Assembly (NCBI GenBank): GCA_038884755.1
Contig: JAWABJ010000001.1
Location: forward strand, 64,001 to 128,000
DNA: 64,000 nucleotides
Origin: Candidatus Norongarragalinales archaeon
GTDB taxonomy: Archaea > Micrarchaeota > Micrarchaeia > Norongarragalinales > Norongarragalinaceae
Direction: 5' to 3'
In this document: positions 9,220 through 19,181 of the stretch, piece after piece
Numbering within the stretch: the stretch's first letter is position 1
Layout: each line of letters starts with the position of its first letter
The notes under the pieces: generated by a model
Databases searched by the model: none
Told to the model about the DNA's origin: nothing
Seen by the model: only the letters and a program-made list of their open reading frames with translations
Position numbers and translations under genes: made by a program

Positions 9220-10626
9220 ATGAACACTCAGGCTTGGGTAGAGCGCTTTTCCAAGTGCAAGGCGCCGAAACTAGCGGGCGTGCTTACGGCTTTCAACGCG
9301 AACGTCGACGCGATTGTTTTGGGGCTAGGGCAGCCGAACAGGGTTTTGGCTTCGCTTTCAGATTCCGAATTGGCCGAGGTCGAGAGGAAGAGCGACAGCG
9401 AGTTCAGGGAAGTGAAGACTCCCACGGATTTTTTCGCCGCTTTGCTGCATTCAGTGAAAACCGGCAAGGCTATGCACTTGCACGCTTCGCCGGGGGTTTT
9501 CGACTGGATAGGCAGTGTTTTCACCGCTGATGAAACTCGCATTGGCGGGCAGGCGGGAATAATGGCCAACCAGCTCGCCGCTTTCAACGACTCCGTGGTC
9601 GCTTACACTTCTTTGCTTTCCCCTTTGCAAGCTTCTTTCTTCGACCCTAAAGTGTGCTTTCCTTCGGCGAGCGGCAAAAAGCTAGCATGCCTTCCAGCGA
9701 AGAAGGCGGCGCGCAAGGGCGACGCCACCAAAGTGAATTGGATTTTCGAGTTCAAGTTCGGAGAGAAGATGAGAGCGAAAAGCGAATTTCATTCTCCTCG
9801 CGCCAACCGCCTAATAATATCTTCTCCAATCCACTACACCCCCGTTTTCGAAAACGTTGACGTGAAACAACTGGCCAAAAACGCCGGAGCTGCTTTGCTT
9901 TCGGGCTTTCAACACATTCACGACTCCAAGGAATTGCCTAAGGTTTTGAAGACCATAACCTCACAAATTTCGGAAATGAAAAAAGCGAACGCGAAAATCG
10001 CGGTGCACTGGGAGTTCGTGCCGATGGAAGACAAGAAGGCCGAAAAGCTGGTTTTGCTCGGCGTGGGGAAAGCGGTCGACAGCATGGGTCTGAATGAAGT
10101 TGAGACTGCGGAAGTGTTGAAGGCGCTTGGGGCTAAAAAGGAGGCTGACAGGCTAGGCAAGCTGGAAAATGCCTACACGCTTTACTTGGGCGGGAAAAAA
10201 CTTTTGGAGTTGCTGAAGCTCAAGAGAGTGCACTTGCATTCTTTCGGCTTCCAGCTTTTGGTTTTGAGAAAGCCTTACCCCGTTGCGGTGGAAAAAGCCA
10301 GGGACTCCTTGATTTTTTCTTCCATCGTCGCCGCCCTCAAGGCGCTAAAGGGAAGCGGCTTCATTTCAAAGAAAGAGTTTGAAGACCACAAGCTCGTGCC
10401 TTCCGAAACGGGTTTCAACCAAATCCGTGCTTTGGAGGGCGGTTTGGACGAGGAACGGGTGAAAAGGTTTTCATCGATGGAGCGGCGTTCGCTTTTGGAA
10501 AACGGCATTTTCGAGCTGAAAGATCATTACGTTATCATCGTCCCTTCTCCCATAGTTCATCCGAAAAGCACAGTAGGCTTGGGCGACGTGATTTCCAGCA
10601 TGGCTTTGACTGCCGAGAGAGGCTAG
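9220..10626 (+). CDS. pfkC: ADP-dependent glucokinase/phosphofructokinase
   Basis: NANVDA, RIGGQAGIMAN, NWIFEF, PRANRLI, GLNEVE, PKSTVGLGDVIS. Confidence 0.93.
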   Translation: MNTQAWVERFSKCKAPKLAGVLTAFNANVDAIVLGLGQPNRVLASLSDSELAEVERKSDSEFREVKTPTDFFAALLHSVKTGKAMHLHASPGVFDWIGSVFTADETRIGGQAGIMANQLAAFNDSVVAYTSLLSPLQASFFDPKVCFPSASGKKLACLPAKKAARKGDATKVNWIFEFKFGEKMRAKSEFHSPRANRLIISSPIHYTPVFENVDVKQLAKNAGAALLSGFQHIHDSKELPKVLKTITSQISEMKKANAKIAVHWEFVPMEDKKAEKLVLLGVGKAVDSMGLNEVETAEVLKALGAKKEADRLGKLENAYTLYLGGKKLLELLKLKRVHLHSFGFQLLVLRKPYPVAVEKARDSLIFSSIVAALKALKGSGFISKKEFEDHKLVPSETGFNQIRALEGGLDEERVKRFSSMERRSLLENGIFELKDHYVIIVPSPIVHPKSTVGLGDVISSMALTAERG

Positions 10627-10630
10627 GCTT

Positions 10631-12040
10631 ATGCTTAAGCTATTCAACTCGCTTTCGCTGAAGAAGGAAAACTTCAAGCCTCTGCACGGAAAAAGCGTTT
10701 CGCTGTACTCCTGCGGGCCGACAGTATACAACTACGCCCACCTCGGAAATTTCCGGGCGTATTTGTTTTACGACTTGCTGCGGCGTTGGCTGAAGCACGA
10801 AGGTTACGCCTTGAGAAGCGTGATGAACATCACGAACGTCGACGACAAGACCATTCGCGGTTCTCACGAACAAGGCAAAACGCTCAAGGAGTTCACCGGC
10901 TTTTACGAGCAAGCGTTCTTCCAAGATTTGAATGCGCTGGGCATAATGCCTTGCGACTATTACCCGCGGGCAACGGATTTTGTGCCGCAAATGATACAGC
11001 TTACTGAAAAGCTTTTGGACAAGGGCTATGCTTACGAGGGCGAAGACGGGAGCGTGTACTACAAAATCTCGAAATTCAAGCGCTACGGAAAGTTATCGCA
11101 TTTAAACCTCGAGAAGTTGAAGGCAGGAGGAAGCGGAAGGGTTGGGGAAGACGAGTATACGAAAGAAAACGTGAGAGATTTCGCTTTGTGGAAAGCGTGG
11201 ACTTCAGACGACCGAATGGTTTTTTGGGACTCTCCTTTCGGGCGCGGGCGTCCTGGATGGCACATCGAGTGCAGCGCCATGTCAATGCATTACTTGGGGG
11301 AAAGCTTCGACATCCACACTGGCGGTGTAGACTTGAAATTCCCTCATCATGAGAACGAAATCGCACAGAGTGAAGCTGCAACGGGCAAGCGTTTCGCGAA
11401 GTACTGGCTTCACAACGAGCATTTGTTCGTGGAAGGAAGGAAAATGTCGAAGCGGTTCAACAACTTTTACACTTTGCGCGACGTGCTTGCGAAAGGCTAT
11501 TCTGCGAAAGCCGTGCGCTTGTTGCTTTTATCTACTCACTACCGCTCGCAGTTGAACTTTACCTTCAAAGCGTTGGACCACGCTGAGAACACGGTGAAAA
11601 AGCTGAGTGAATTCGCTTTCAGGCTCAAGAGCGCGAGCGGCGGCGAGGGAGACGCGAGTTTGGACAAGGTTTTGGTTCAAACGAAAAATGATTTTGCTCT
11701 TGCTTTGAACGACGATTTGGACGTGGCGAATGCGTTGGCTGCTGTTTTCGATTTCGTAAAGGAATTCAACAAGGCGATTGACAAGAACAAGCTTTCTGCT
11801 GTGCAGGCGAAAAGCGCTCTAGAGTTTTTGAGGGAGTTAGATTCAGTGTTCGGAGTCGTGGATTGGAACGCTTCTCAAGAGGTTTCTCTTGGCAAGGAGG
11901 TGGAAAAACTCGTGCAAGAAAGGGAGAAAGCGCGAAAAGCGAGAGACTTCAAGAAGGCGGACGAAATCCGCGCGTTGCTTAAAGCAAAAGGAATAGTTTT
12001 GGAGGATACCGCGAAGGGCGTGGTTTGGAAGAAAGCGTGA
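10631..12040 (+). CDS. cysS: Cysteine--tRNA ligase
   Basis: CGPTVYNYAHLGN, GRPGWHIECSAM, FPHHENE, KMSKR. Confidence 0.98.
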   Translation: MLKLFNSLSLKKENFKPLHGKSVSLYSCGPTVYNYAHLGNFRAYLFYDLLRRWLKHEGYALRSVMNITNVDDKTIRGSHEQGKTLKEFTGFYEQAFFQDLNALGIMPCDYYPRATDFVPQMIQLTEKLLDKGYAYEGEDGSVYYKISKFKRYGKLSHLNLEKLKAGGSGRVGEDEYTKENVRDFALWKAWTSDDRMVFWDSPFGRGRPGWHIECSAMSMHYLGESFDIHTGGVDLKFPHHENEIAQSEAATGKRFAKYWLHNEHLFVEGRKMSKRFNNFYTLRDVLAKGYSAKAVRLLLLSTHYRSQLNFTFKALDHAENTVKKLSEFAFRLKSASGGEGDASLDKVLVQTKNDFALALNDDLDVANALAAVFDFVKEFNKAIDKNKLSAVQAKSALEFLRELDSVFGVVDWNASQEVSLGKEVEKLVQEREKARKARDFKKADEIRALLKAKGIVLEDTAKGVVWKKA

Positions 12041-12865
12041 TTACAGGATTCCGCTTTGCTGGAGGACCATCATTTCCTCCCTGCTTATCTTTTCGCCCGC
12101 CTTCAGCCGGTCGTAAATCGCTTTCGCCTTGTTTTCCAGCTTCTTCTGCTGCGCTTGCATTATCCGAGCCTCGTTGCGCAATTCCCTCTGCCTCTCTTCC
12201 ATTTCCTTGAGCTTCCTTTCTCCCACGCTTTTCACCAGCGCCTCGTGTTTTTCTTCCGCAGCGCCTTCCTTTTCCTTGAGCAGTTCCATCGATTTCGAAA
12301 TGCTTTGCTGGAGTGAAGTTATGCTCTTGCTTTCGGCGATGAGCGAACCGTGAGCGGCTTGCGCCTTTTTCGAATGCTCGAGTGCCTTCTCGTGAAAGTG
12401 CTTTTCCTGTTCGATGAGCTTGCCGAGCGAAGCGCGTTCCGCAGAATAGTCTTTCAAAAGCTGTTGGAAGCCTTGCGCTTGCGGCATTTGCTTGAGCAAG
12501 TCCTTGATTTTCTTGGAAAGGTCCTTCTCTTCCTTGGGGGAAAGGTCTTCGGTTTGCAGTATCCATTCCAGCCGCTCGACTTCCTCTTGGATGGCGGCGG
12601 GGTTTCGCCCTGCCCCTTCGGAGCGCATTTTCCCGCGCATTTGCGAAAGCTTTTGCTTTGACGCGGAAATTTGCTCTTTCAGCGAATCGCGCTTGCCGCG
12701 GAATTCGTTCGCCAAAGAGTTTTCTTTATCACGCAGGACCTTGAGTTCGCTTGCCTTGGAAAAGTGCGAGCGCAGTTCGCTTATCTTGCCGCGGTTGTCC
12801 ACCGAGATGGTCCTGACTTCCCGCCTGGCGGAATCGCGTTCGTGCTTTAGCTTGCCGACGTCCAT
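12041..12865 (-). CDS. Archaeal coiled-coil protein (COG1340-like)
   Basis: Long heptad-rich helix; LEWILQTEDLSPKEEK; C-terminal AIYDRLKAGEKISREEMMVLQ. Confidence 0.8.
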   Translation of the reverse strand: MDVGKLKHERDSARREVRTISVDNRGKISELRSHFSKASELKVLRDKENSLANEFRGKRDSLKEQISASKQKLSQMRGKMRSEGAGRNPAAIQEEVERLEWILQTEDLSPKEEKDLSKKIKDLLKQMPQAQGFQQLLKDYSAERASLGKLIEQEKHFHEKALEHSKKAQAAHGSLIAESKSITSLQQSISKSMELLKEKEGAAEEKHEALVKSVGERKLKEMEERQRELRNEARIMQAQQKKLENKAKAIYDRLKAGEKISREEMMVLQQSGIL

Positions 12866-12906
12866 TTTACAATTGCCTTTTTTAGTGTAGAAAAAGATTT
12901 TTCCTT

Positions 12907-13326
12907 TCAGTAAGTCGAATTCGGCTTTTCTTCCGGAGGCAGTTCGAGCTCGATTTCGGTTATGATTTCGTCCAGCTCGGCCCTCTGCTTTTCGAGAACT
13001 TTCTTAATCCTGCGGATGCGCTTTTCGTTCAGCGCTATCTCGCGGTATTTCCTTGCGGCCTTGTTGAAATGCTCTATGCTGAGCGTGAAATACTCTTCCT
13101 CGTTCATGCTCATGGCTATGTCGCCGAGGATTGTTCCCAAAAGCATGTTTGCTTGCACTTTTACGTCGCGCTTGATTTGGTGCGGGTTTTTCATGTTCTG
13201 CTTGATTATTTTCACGACGCGCGCGTTGGGGAACGGCAGGTTTTCGCTTTCCGCCTCCTCTTCGCTGAGCTCTTCGTTTTCTAGCTCTTCAGCCGGCACT
13301 TGCTCTTCCTTCAATTCTTCAGCCAT
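12907..13326 (-). CDS. Histone-fold protein with acidic N-tail and C-terminal coiled coil
   Basis: LPFPNARVVKIIK (alpha1), IKRDVK (L1), long alpha2, FTLSIEHF (L2/alpha3), then heptad tail. Confidence 0.75.
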   Translation of the reverse strand: MAEELKEEQVPAEELENEELSEEEAESENLPFPNARVVKIIKQNMKNPHQIKRDVKVQANMLLGTILGDIAMSMNEEEYFTLSIEHFNKAARKYREIALNEKRIRRIKKVLEKQRAELDEIITEIELELPPEEKPNSTY

Positions 13327-13426
13327 GTGTAAACCACCTTGAAAAATGCCCGGGTTTTGGGAATAGTTTTTCAGTCAAAACCCTCGTGTAGAAATTAGGT
13401 CGGAGGCGGTTAAAAAACCCTTTTTT

Positions 13427-13777
13427 TCAGCGTGGTTTTCGGCTGTCAGAGTACTGGCGTATGGCTTTCGCCCACGCGGTTTTCAGGGAGATTTCGCCCT
13501 TGCTTTCGAGAATGTCTTTGAGCTCCAGTTCTCCTGGTTTTTTTTGGGTGCGTATCACGCCGTGGACGTCCATCATTTCGTGAAGTTTTGCTTTGGTCAT
13601 TAGCATCAAGAAATTCCCGGCTTCTTTGTCTGAAAGCCGCGCTTTGTACTCGTTCAGCCCTCCCCACGTGTATTCGATAGGGTCTCCGGCAGCAGTAGTG
13701 AAGTGCTTGGCCATGTCCATTACTTCGTTGCGCGTTAATTTTCCTTCGTTGACCAGTTGCTTGAGCTTTTCTAACAT
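13427..13777 (-). CDS. Hypothetical protein
   Basis: ORF from ATG 13777 (MLEKLKQL...) directly downstream of the peptidase; no motif. Confidence 0.6.
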   Translation of the reverse strand: MLEKLKQLVNEGKLTRNEVMDMAKHFTTAAGDPIEYTWGGLNEYKARLSDKEAGNFLMLMTKAKLHEMMDVHGVIRTQKKPGELELKDILESKGEISLKTAWAKAIRQYSDSRKPR

Positions 13778-13790
13778 TTTTTTCCGGACC

Positions 13791-14813
13791 TCACAAAAAC
13801 ACCGCGTCTTCGAAGCGAACTCCAAAGCGCTTCGGAACGTATATTCCCGGTTCTATTGTGAAAACCATTCCTTTCGCTAAACGCACTTCCTCGAGCTTGA
13901 AGCCGTCGTGGACCTTTAAACCCAGGCTGTGCCCCAACGCCAAGCCCGCTTTCTTGAAAGAGTGTTTTCCGAAGCCGTATTCCCTTATCACTTGCTCCGC
14001 CGTTCGCGCGAGGAGCTTTCCTTTCGTTCCAGGTTTGGCGATGCGCTCTGCCGCTTTCTTCGCTTCCGCAACGGCTTCGACCGCGTCTTTGGTTTCCTTG
14101 CTTTTTCCCCAGTAGCGCGTGGTGGTGAAATCGCCGTGGTATTGCCCGCAAGTGGCGCCGCAGTCGATCAAGGCCATTTGGCTGATTTTTTCTTGCGAAG
14201 GGGTAGAGTGGGGGATTGCCGTTTTCGTGCCCGTCGCGATTATGGGCGGGAAGGAGTCCAGCGCCAGCCCCTTCCTCCTGCACGCCCATTCCATGAAGCC
14301 GGCTATTTCGCTTTCGGTGCGCCCTTCCAGCCCGCGGTCTTCCGCCTCTTGCACGCATTTTTTCGTGGCCTGCTGCGCGGTGCGGATGAGTTTTTTTTCT
14401 TTCTCGTCTTTCAGCGCCCGAAAGCCTTCCAGCTGCCGCGAATAGTTTTCGATCTTCACTTTCGCCTTTTTTTCCATTAGCCTGAATCCCACGCGGCTGG
14501 CTTCGGTGGAAAAATCCAAGCCCACGCTTTTGACCTTGTTTTTGGCGAAAAACTTTTTGTAGAAATCCTTCGCTTTCTTCCAAGCGTGCGTTTCGCCGAA
14601 CTGGGGGAAGTCTTTTTCCTTCAGGTCTTCGGTGGTGAACGCGACGCTGGAGTTTTTGGTCACGTACGCCAGGAGGGGCTCGAGAGACCCGGAGTAGTAG
14701 TATGCGTTGGCTTCCGGGTGGTTGACTTGCGTTATGACTGCGCAGTCCACGCGCATTTCCCTTTGCAGCCTTTCCACCCTTGCCTTGAAGTCGAACACCA
14801 CGCGCACCCGCAA
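13791..14813 (-). CDS. Xaa-Pro aminopeptidase (M24 family)
   Basis: AIPH, LIDCGA, YHGDFT, GHSLGLKVHD, FTIEPGIY, GVRFED metal ligands. Confidence 0.93.
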   Translation of the reverse strand: MRVRVVFDFKARVERLQREMRVDCAVITQVNHPEANAYYYSGSLEPLLAYVTKNSSVAFTTEDLKEKDFPQFGETHAWKKAKDFYKKFFAKNKVKSVGLDFSTEASRVGFRLMEKKAKVKIENYSRQLEGFRALKDEKEKKLIRTAQQATKKCVQEAEDRGLEGRTESEIAGFMEWACRRKGLALDSFPPIIATGTKTAIPHSTPSQEKISQMALIDCGATCGQYHGDFTTTRYWGKSKETKDAVEAVAEAKKAAERIAKPGTKGKLLARTAEQVIREYGFGKHSFKKAGLALGHSLGLKVHDGFKLEEVRLAKGMVFTIEPGIYVPKRFGVRFEDAVFL

Positions 14814-14892
14814 GTCTTTTATTCGATTAAAATCAACTCAATTAACTTTTAGATAAGTATGCTTTGCTATTAAGCAGAATGGTGGTTTTGGA

Positions 14893-15177
14893 ATGAAGAT
14901 TTCTGAATTGACGCCGGGAACGGGAAACGTGGAGCTTGAGGCCGAAGTCGTCGGGATAGAAAAACCGAGGGAGATAAACAAGAACGGGCGGCTGCTGCGC
15001 GTGGCAAACGCCACGCTCAAAGACGATTCCGGAACCATTTCGCTGGTGTTGTGGAACGACGCTATCGACTCGGTCCAAGAGGGGAGCAAGGTCCGCATAA
15101 CCAACGGCTACGTGAACACTTGGCAGGACAAGATGCAACTCACGCTGGGCAAGTTCGGGAAGATGGACGTTCTTTGA
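14893..15177 (+). CDS. ssb: Single-OB-fold ssDNA-binding protein
   Basis: MKISEL...VANATLKDDSGTISLVLW...ITNGYV...LTLGKFG. Confidence 0.9.
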   Translation: MKISELTPGTGNVELEAEVVGIEKPREINKNGRLLRVANATLKDDSGTISLVLWNDAIDSVQEGSKVRITNGYVNTWQDKMQLTLGKFGKMDVL

Positions 15178-15178
15178 T

Positions 15179-16012
15179 TCAAAATCCGAGGGTTGCGAAT
15201 GCTATTACTCCGGTAAGGAGTGCGTAGAGCGTGTAGTTCCTTATTTTCTTGAGTGAAGCTGGCGTTTGGTTCAAAGCGAGGCTCCACGCGCTCACTAGAA
15301 TCAAGACGTCTGTTGCTGCAATCAAAACCATGTATGCCGGGTTTTGCGTTTGCGTCAACGGCATGAGGCTCATTACGACCGCAACGTGGAACAAGGCTAT
15401 CGCGGCGGCGACGGTTGCTTTTGCCCCTATGACCATGGGCAGGGTCTTCGCGCCTATCTTCCTGTCGCCTTTTACGTCGCGAAGCGTGAGAACAAGCTCG
15501 CGGCCCAAGCCGGCGGCGAGCGAAACCGCGATGAAAAGCATTACGAAGTAGTTTAATTGGCTTGAGACGGCGTAATTGCCGTAGAGGAACGAGATGCTCA
15601 TCGAGCTTGCTATGAACGCGTTGCCCGCCAACGGAAGTTTTTTGAATACCGGGTCGTAGAGCATGGACGCGGCCGTGAAGACCGCCGCAATCAAGAACGC
15701 GGTTTGGTTCACGAAATACGCCGCCGCGACGCCGAGAACGAACAGCGCGAGCGCAGCGTAAAAAGCGGTTTTGGGTTTTATGGCGCCTTTGACCAGCGGC
15801 CGGTCGAAGCGCTTCATCGCCTTGTCTGTTTTAATCCCGAAGTAGTCGTTCCAGGCGAACGCGCCGAGGGTGATCAGTGCTGGACCGACTGCGGGAAAAA
15901 CCATTTCCAGCGCAAAGCGCTTCGCTACGACGAACTCGCTGGCGATTACGGCAATCGCTACTATGAGCGCGTGTTCGGCGCGCGTGAGCGCAATCCAGTC
16001 TTTCAACCGCAT
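15179..16012 (-). CDS. UbiA-family prenyltransferase, likely digeranylgeranylglyceryl-phosphate synthase
   Basis: NDYFG..TD....RPLVKG and RELVLTLRDVKGD motifs; multi-TM. Confidence 0.85.
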   Translation of the reverse strand: MRLKDWIALTRAEHALIVAIAVIASEFVVAKRFALEMVFPAVGPALITLGAFAWNDYFGIKTDKAMKRFDRPLVKGAIKPKTAFYAALALFVLGVAAAYFVNQTAFLIAAVFTAASMLYDPVFKKLPLAGNAFIASSMSISFLYGNYAVSSQLNYFVMLFIAVSLAAGLGRELVLTLRDVKGDRKIGAKTLPMVIGAKATVAAAIALFHVAVVMSLMPLTQTQNPAYMVLIAATDVLILVSAWSLALNQTPASLKKIRNYTLYALLTGVIAFATLGF

Positions 16013-16068
16013 AACTATCGTTTGCGCGCCTTGTTTTTAATACTAGGGCGGTTTGTTGCAAAGAATCT

Positions 16069-19000
16069 TCATTTCGGCGCTTGGCCTTCGAACGCGGTGC
16101 CGCCTTCGGAACCGAGCCAAACAACGTCCTGGTTAAGAGTGGAAACAAGCTGTAGGGTGCGATAGTTGATTTCACTCTTCATCAAAAGCGAGTTTGCGCC
16201 TCCTGTCTTGTCCGTCCAAGTTTGCCCCGCGTCGTGGCTGTAGAATATTCCGACCTCGTCGTTTTGCGTGTAATCGTCTTTAACCAATTCTCCCGAAGCC
16301 GCGTAAACCCGCTGCGGGTATTCGGGGTCGGTGTCGACTGCGGACAAGAAAGTGTACGGAAGCCTTCTGCTCCAAGTCCATTCGCTTCCGCTTTTAACCC
16401 CTTTCCACAATCCTCCTGACGCTCCATTTGGGCTGGTGTCGCTTTGCCCTATTTTCCTGAACGCTGCTATGTAGAGAGTTCCGTCGCTCGCCAATTCCAA
16501 ATCCCTAATGTCTTTCGGGGGCTTGATGAGTTGGTTGACCGAATCTATAATGTTGAGCTGCGTCCACGTTTGCCCGCCGTCGGTGCTCTCCCACACTCCG
16601 CCTCCCCCGCTTAAACCTTCTTGGATTCCGAGGAAAATGCGGTTCAAGTCGTTTTCGCCAACTTCAAACGCGTAGATGTTGGGGTTTGAAATTCCGAGCG
16701 TGGTTGTAATGCTTTGCCAAGTAGCCCCGCCGTCGCCGCTTTTGTACAAGCCGTTGCCGTAAACCGCGGCGAACAAGACGAGGTTGTTGCCCGCGTCCCG
16801 GAACGTTTTCAAATCAGTGATTTGCCTTGCCGGCAAACCGTTTTGCGGAATCGGCTCTCCGTTCGCGTCGCGCGCGTAGTCGCCCGGGTTGTATCCGCAA
16901 ATGCTTTTAGGCTGACCTACCGTACAAGCGAAAACTTGCACCGGCGTCCATTGCTCTTGCGGCGTGTCCATGCCCGTTATCTTGAACAGCACGCCTTTGT
17001 TGTCTTTGCCGTAATTGTTTTTGAGGCCGAACCCGACGAAGACCGATTGCGTTTGCTCGTCCGCCGCGATGGCGTAAGCGTCTTGCCCGTATTCGTTGAA
17101 AATGTCGAGCGTCATTTCGAGCGTGTAATTGTGTTTCGGTATGAACGTATTGCCGCCGTCTGAGGTTGTAGTAACGCCTACGTCGAAGTGGGCGAAAACA
17201 ACGTGCTGCGCGTCCCAAGGCAGCGGCAGGATGTCGTCGGTGTACAAAACTTCCGGCCCTTTCGTGCTCCAAGTCCCCAGCCTGCGGCCGCTCCCGCCGT
17301 AATTCACGTACGGCTCGTCGGAAATCTTGTTCGAGTAAAGCCCTTGCCACGTTGCCCCGCCGTCCTTCGACTCGTAAACTTGCGACCACGTTGCAGACAA
17401 TAGGTGGTCTGAAGGGCCTAGAGTTTTAACGAAAGTGTTCCTGAACGTTCCCGCTTCGTGCCAAGAGTCTTGGAAATTGCTCGCCGTCCACCTGCCAGAG
17501 CTTGAATCGTATTCGGGAAGCGGCCTTGTTATTTTAGCCCAAGTTGCGCCTGCATTGGCGCTTTTCCACAATCCCCTGGCCCACCAGCATCCCAAGTGGT
17601 TTCCGCTCGCGTAAACGACGTTAGCGTCGGCGGGCGAGGCTGAAACGCCCAGCCACCGTTTTCCTGAAAAAGTCGGCAGCCCGCCGTTGTCCATGGTTCC
17701 TGTGTCGGCGTCGTAGAAAGAATCGCTGCAGCCGTTGTTTGAAGGGATTGGCCGGGCGTTGGCTTTAATCCAGCTTGCCTGCTTGGTCAGGGGGTTGAGA
17801 GTTCCGACGTAAACGCCCCCGTCGGGCTGACCTTGGCCGTTGGTGAACTCGTCTACGACAACGTAGAGCTTTATTCCCTGGCCTGCGGTATAGCCCAACG
17901 CCATTTTCTTTATTCCGTACTCTGCGCTTTCGTAAGCGTTGCCGTTGGACATTGCAGGCGAAGGCAGCCCTTGGTTTTCTTGCTTCCAGCTCCAAGAGCC
18001 GTCGGGATTGTGCATTCCCCGCCAGAATCCGCCTTCATTTGGAATGGTTTGGGGGTTGTCGTATTGGTATGCGAACAACTGGGACTGGTTGGTGGGGTCT
18101 ATGTACAATCCGGCTATGGATATTCCGCCGTTGAAATTGAGGTTGTAGACCGGGTCGTTGTTGCCGCCTATTGCAACGCCGTCTTGGGCGCGTATTTTTA
18201 CCGGAGTCCAGCTCGCGCCCGTCCGGTTGTAGTACAATACCGCCCCAGCGCCTCTTACTGCGGCGTAAACGCCGTGCGTTGTCGCTTGCGTTTCGTTCAA
18301 AGCCAACGCCGTAAATGGGGCGCCGTCGTTGTTCCACCCGAAGTTGTGCTGGAGGCGGGCCCAGTTTTGCCCGCCATCAGTGCTTTCGAAAAGCCCGTGC
18401 GTCGAGGCGTAAAGCAACCCCGGGTTTTTGGTTGAGGCGGCAATGTCGTAAAACACGCCGTACCCGCCCCACCCTCCTCCAATAAAACCTTTGGACGAAG
18501 GAACCCAGTTTGCGCCCGCGTCAGTGCTTTTGTAGACTGTTCCCATGTCGTTTGTTGCATAGTATGTGGCTGGAACGAGCGGGTCTGCAATGATGTTGGT
18601 GAAAGCCCCGCCTCCGCCTATGCCTTTCTGCAGCCACAAGAAATCTCCCGGAGGCGATGGACTGGGAGAGGGTGATGGCGAAGGGCTTGGAGAAGGGGAA
18701 GGCGATGCGCTGGGCGAAGCCGACGGAGAAACGCTAGGCGACGGGGAAACGCTAGGCGAAGGAGAACCTTGCGTTTGAACTTGAATTCCAACCTCCCCGC
18801 ACCACAGCTTGTCTTGCGGAAGGATGCTTATGCAGCCTTGCGGCCTTTGCAAAGAAGCGCAAAAACTCCCGTCAGGCAAAACGTATTTAGAACGGTCGAC
18901 TTGCCCGCACGCGTTCCACTGGCTTCCAGCATAACAACTGGAATCCTTAGCCAAACGCGCCCAACAATTCGTTGCCTCGACGCTTTGCGAAGCGGGGGCG

Positions 19001-19098
19001 AAGACGAAGCTGCGGAATACAACCAGCCCCACGACCGCGATGAGCAAAACCCCTGCGAGCAGAATCATGTACTCGAATGCAGCCTGCCCGCGCTTCAC
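16069..19098 (-). CDS. Class III signal peptide surface protein with Asp-box (BNR) double beta-propeller, GH74/sortilin-like
   Basis: MKRG/QAAFEY plus hydrophobic helix; Cys-rich module; Ser-Pro linker; eight SxDGGxxW-type boxes. Confidence 0.85.
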   Translation of the reverse strand: MKRGQAAFEYMILLAGVLLIAVVGLVVFRSFVFAPASQSVEATNCWARLAKDSSCYAGSQWNACGQVDRSKYVLPDGSFCASLQRPQGCISILPQDKLWCGEVGIQVQTQGSPSPSVSPSPSVSPSASPSASPSPSPSPSPSPSPSPSPPGDFLWLQKGIGGGGAFTNIIADPLVPATYYATNDMGTVYKSTDAGANWVPSSKGFIGGGWGGYGVFYDIAASTKNPGLLYASTHGLFESTDGGQNWARLQHNFGWNNDGAPFTALALNETQATTHGVYAAVRGAGAVLYYNRTGASWTPVKIRAQDGVAIGGNNDPVYNLNFNGGISIAGLYIDPTNQSQLFAYQYDNPQTIPNEGGFWRGMHNPDGSWSWKQENQGLPSPAMSNGNAYESAEYGIKKMALGYTAGQGIKLYVVVDEFTNGQGQPDGGVYVGTLNPLTKQASWIKANARPIPSNNGCSDSFYDADTGTMDNGGLPTFSGKRWLGVSASPADANVVYASGNHLGCWWARGLWKSANAGATWAKITRPLPEYDSSSGRWTASNFQDSWHEAGTFRNTFVKTLGPSDHLLSATWSQVYESKDGGATWQGLYSNKISDEPYVNYGGSGRRLGTWSTKGPEVLYTDDILPLPWDAQHVVFAHFDVGVTTTSDGGNTFIPKHNYTLEMTLDIFNEYGQDAYAIAADEQTQSVFVGFGLKNNYGKDNKGVLFKITGMDTPQEQWTPVQVFACTVGQPKSICGYNPGDYARDANGEPIPQNGLPARQITDLKTFRDAGNNLVLFAAVYGNGLYKSGDGGATWQSITTTLGISNPNIYAFEVGENDLNRIFLGIQEGLSGGGGVWESTDGGQTWTQLNIIDSVNQLIKPPKDIRDLELASDGTLYIAAFRKIGQSDTSPNGASGGLWKGVKSGSEWTWSRRLPYTFLSAVDTDPEYPQRVYAASGELVKDDYTQNDEVGIFYSHDAGQTWTDKTGGANSLLMKSEINYRTLQLVSTLNQDVVWLGSEGGTAFEGQAPK
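18650..18767 (-). repeat. Ser-Pro low-complexity linker repeat within CDS
   Basis: Encodes SPSPSVSPSPSVSPSASPSASPSPSPSP...; includes an 18-bp DNA tandem unit containing GAAACGCTAGGCGA. Confidence 0.85.
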
Positions 19099-19181
19099 AG
19101 AAAAATCTCCTCTTACGGTTTTCCCACCCTATGGAAATCTTAAAACGAAAGAGTGTTATTAATCCGTTTGCTTTTTCCTAC

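Noticed and set aside
19099..19181. Replication origin upstream of cdc6 (TTCCCACCCTATGGAAAT resembles an ORB)
   Set aside because: Single poor match with wrong spacing, no G-string, and an ~80-bp spacer too short for repeated ORBs plus an unwinding element
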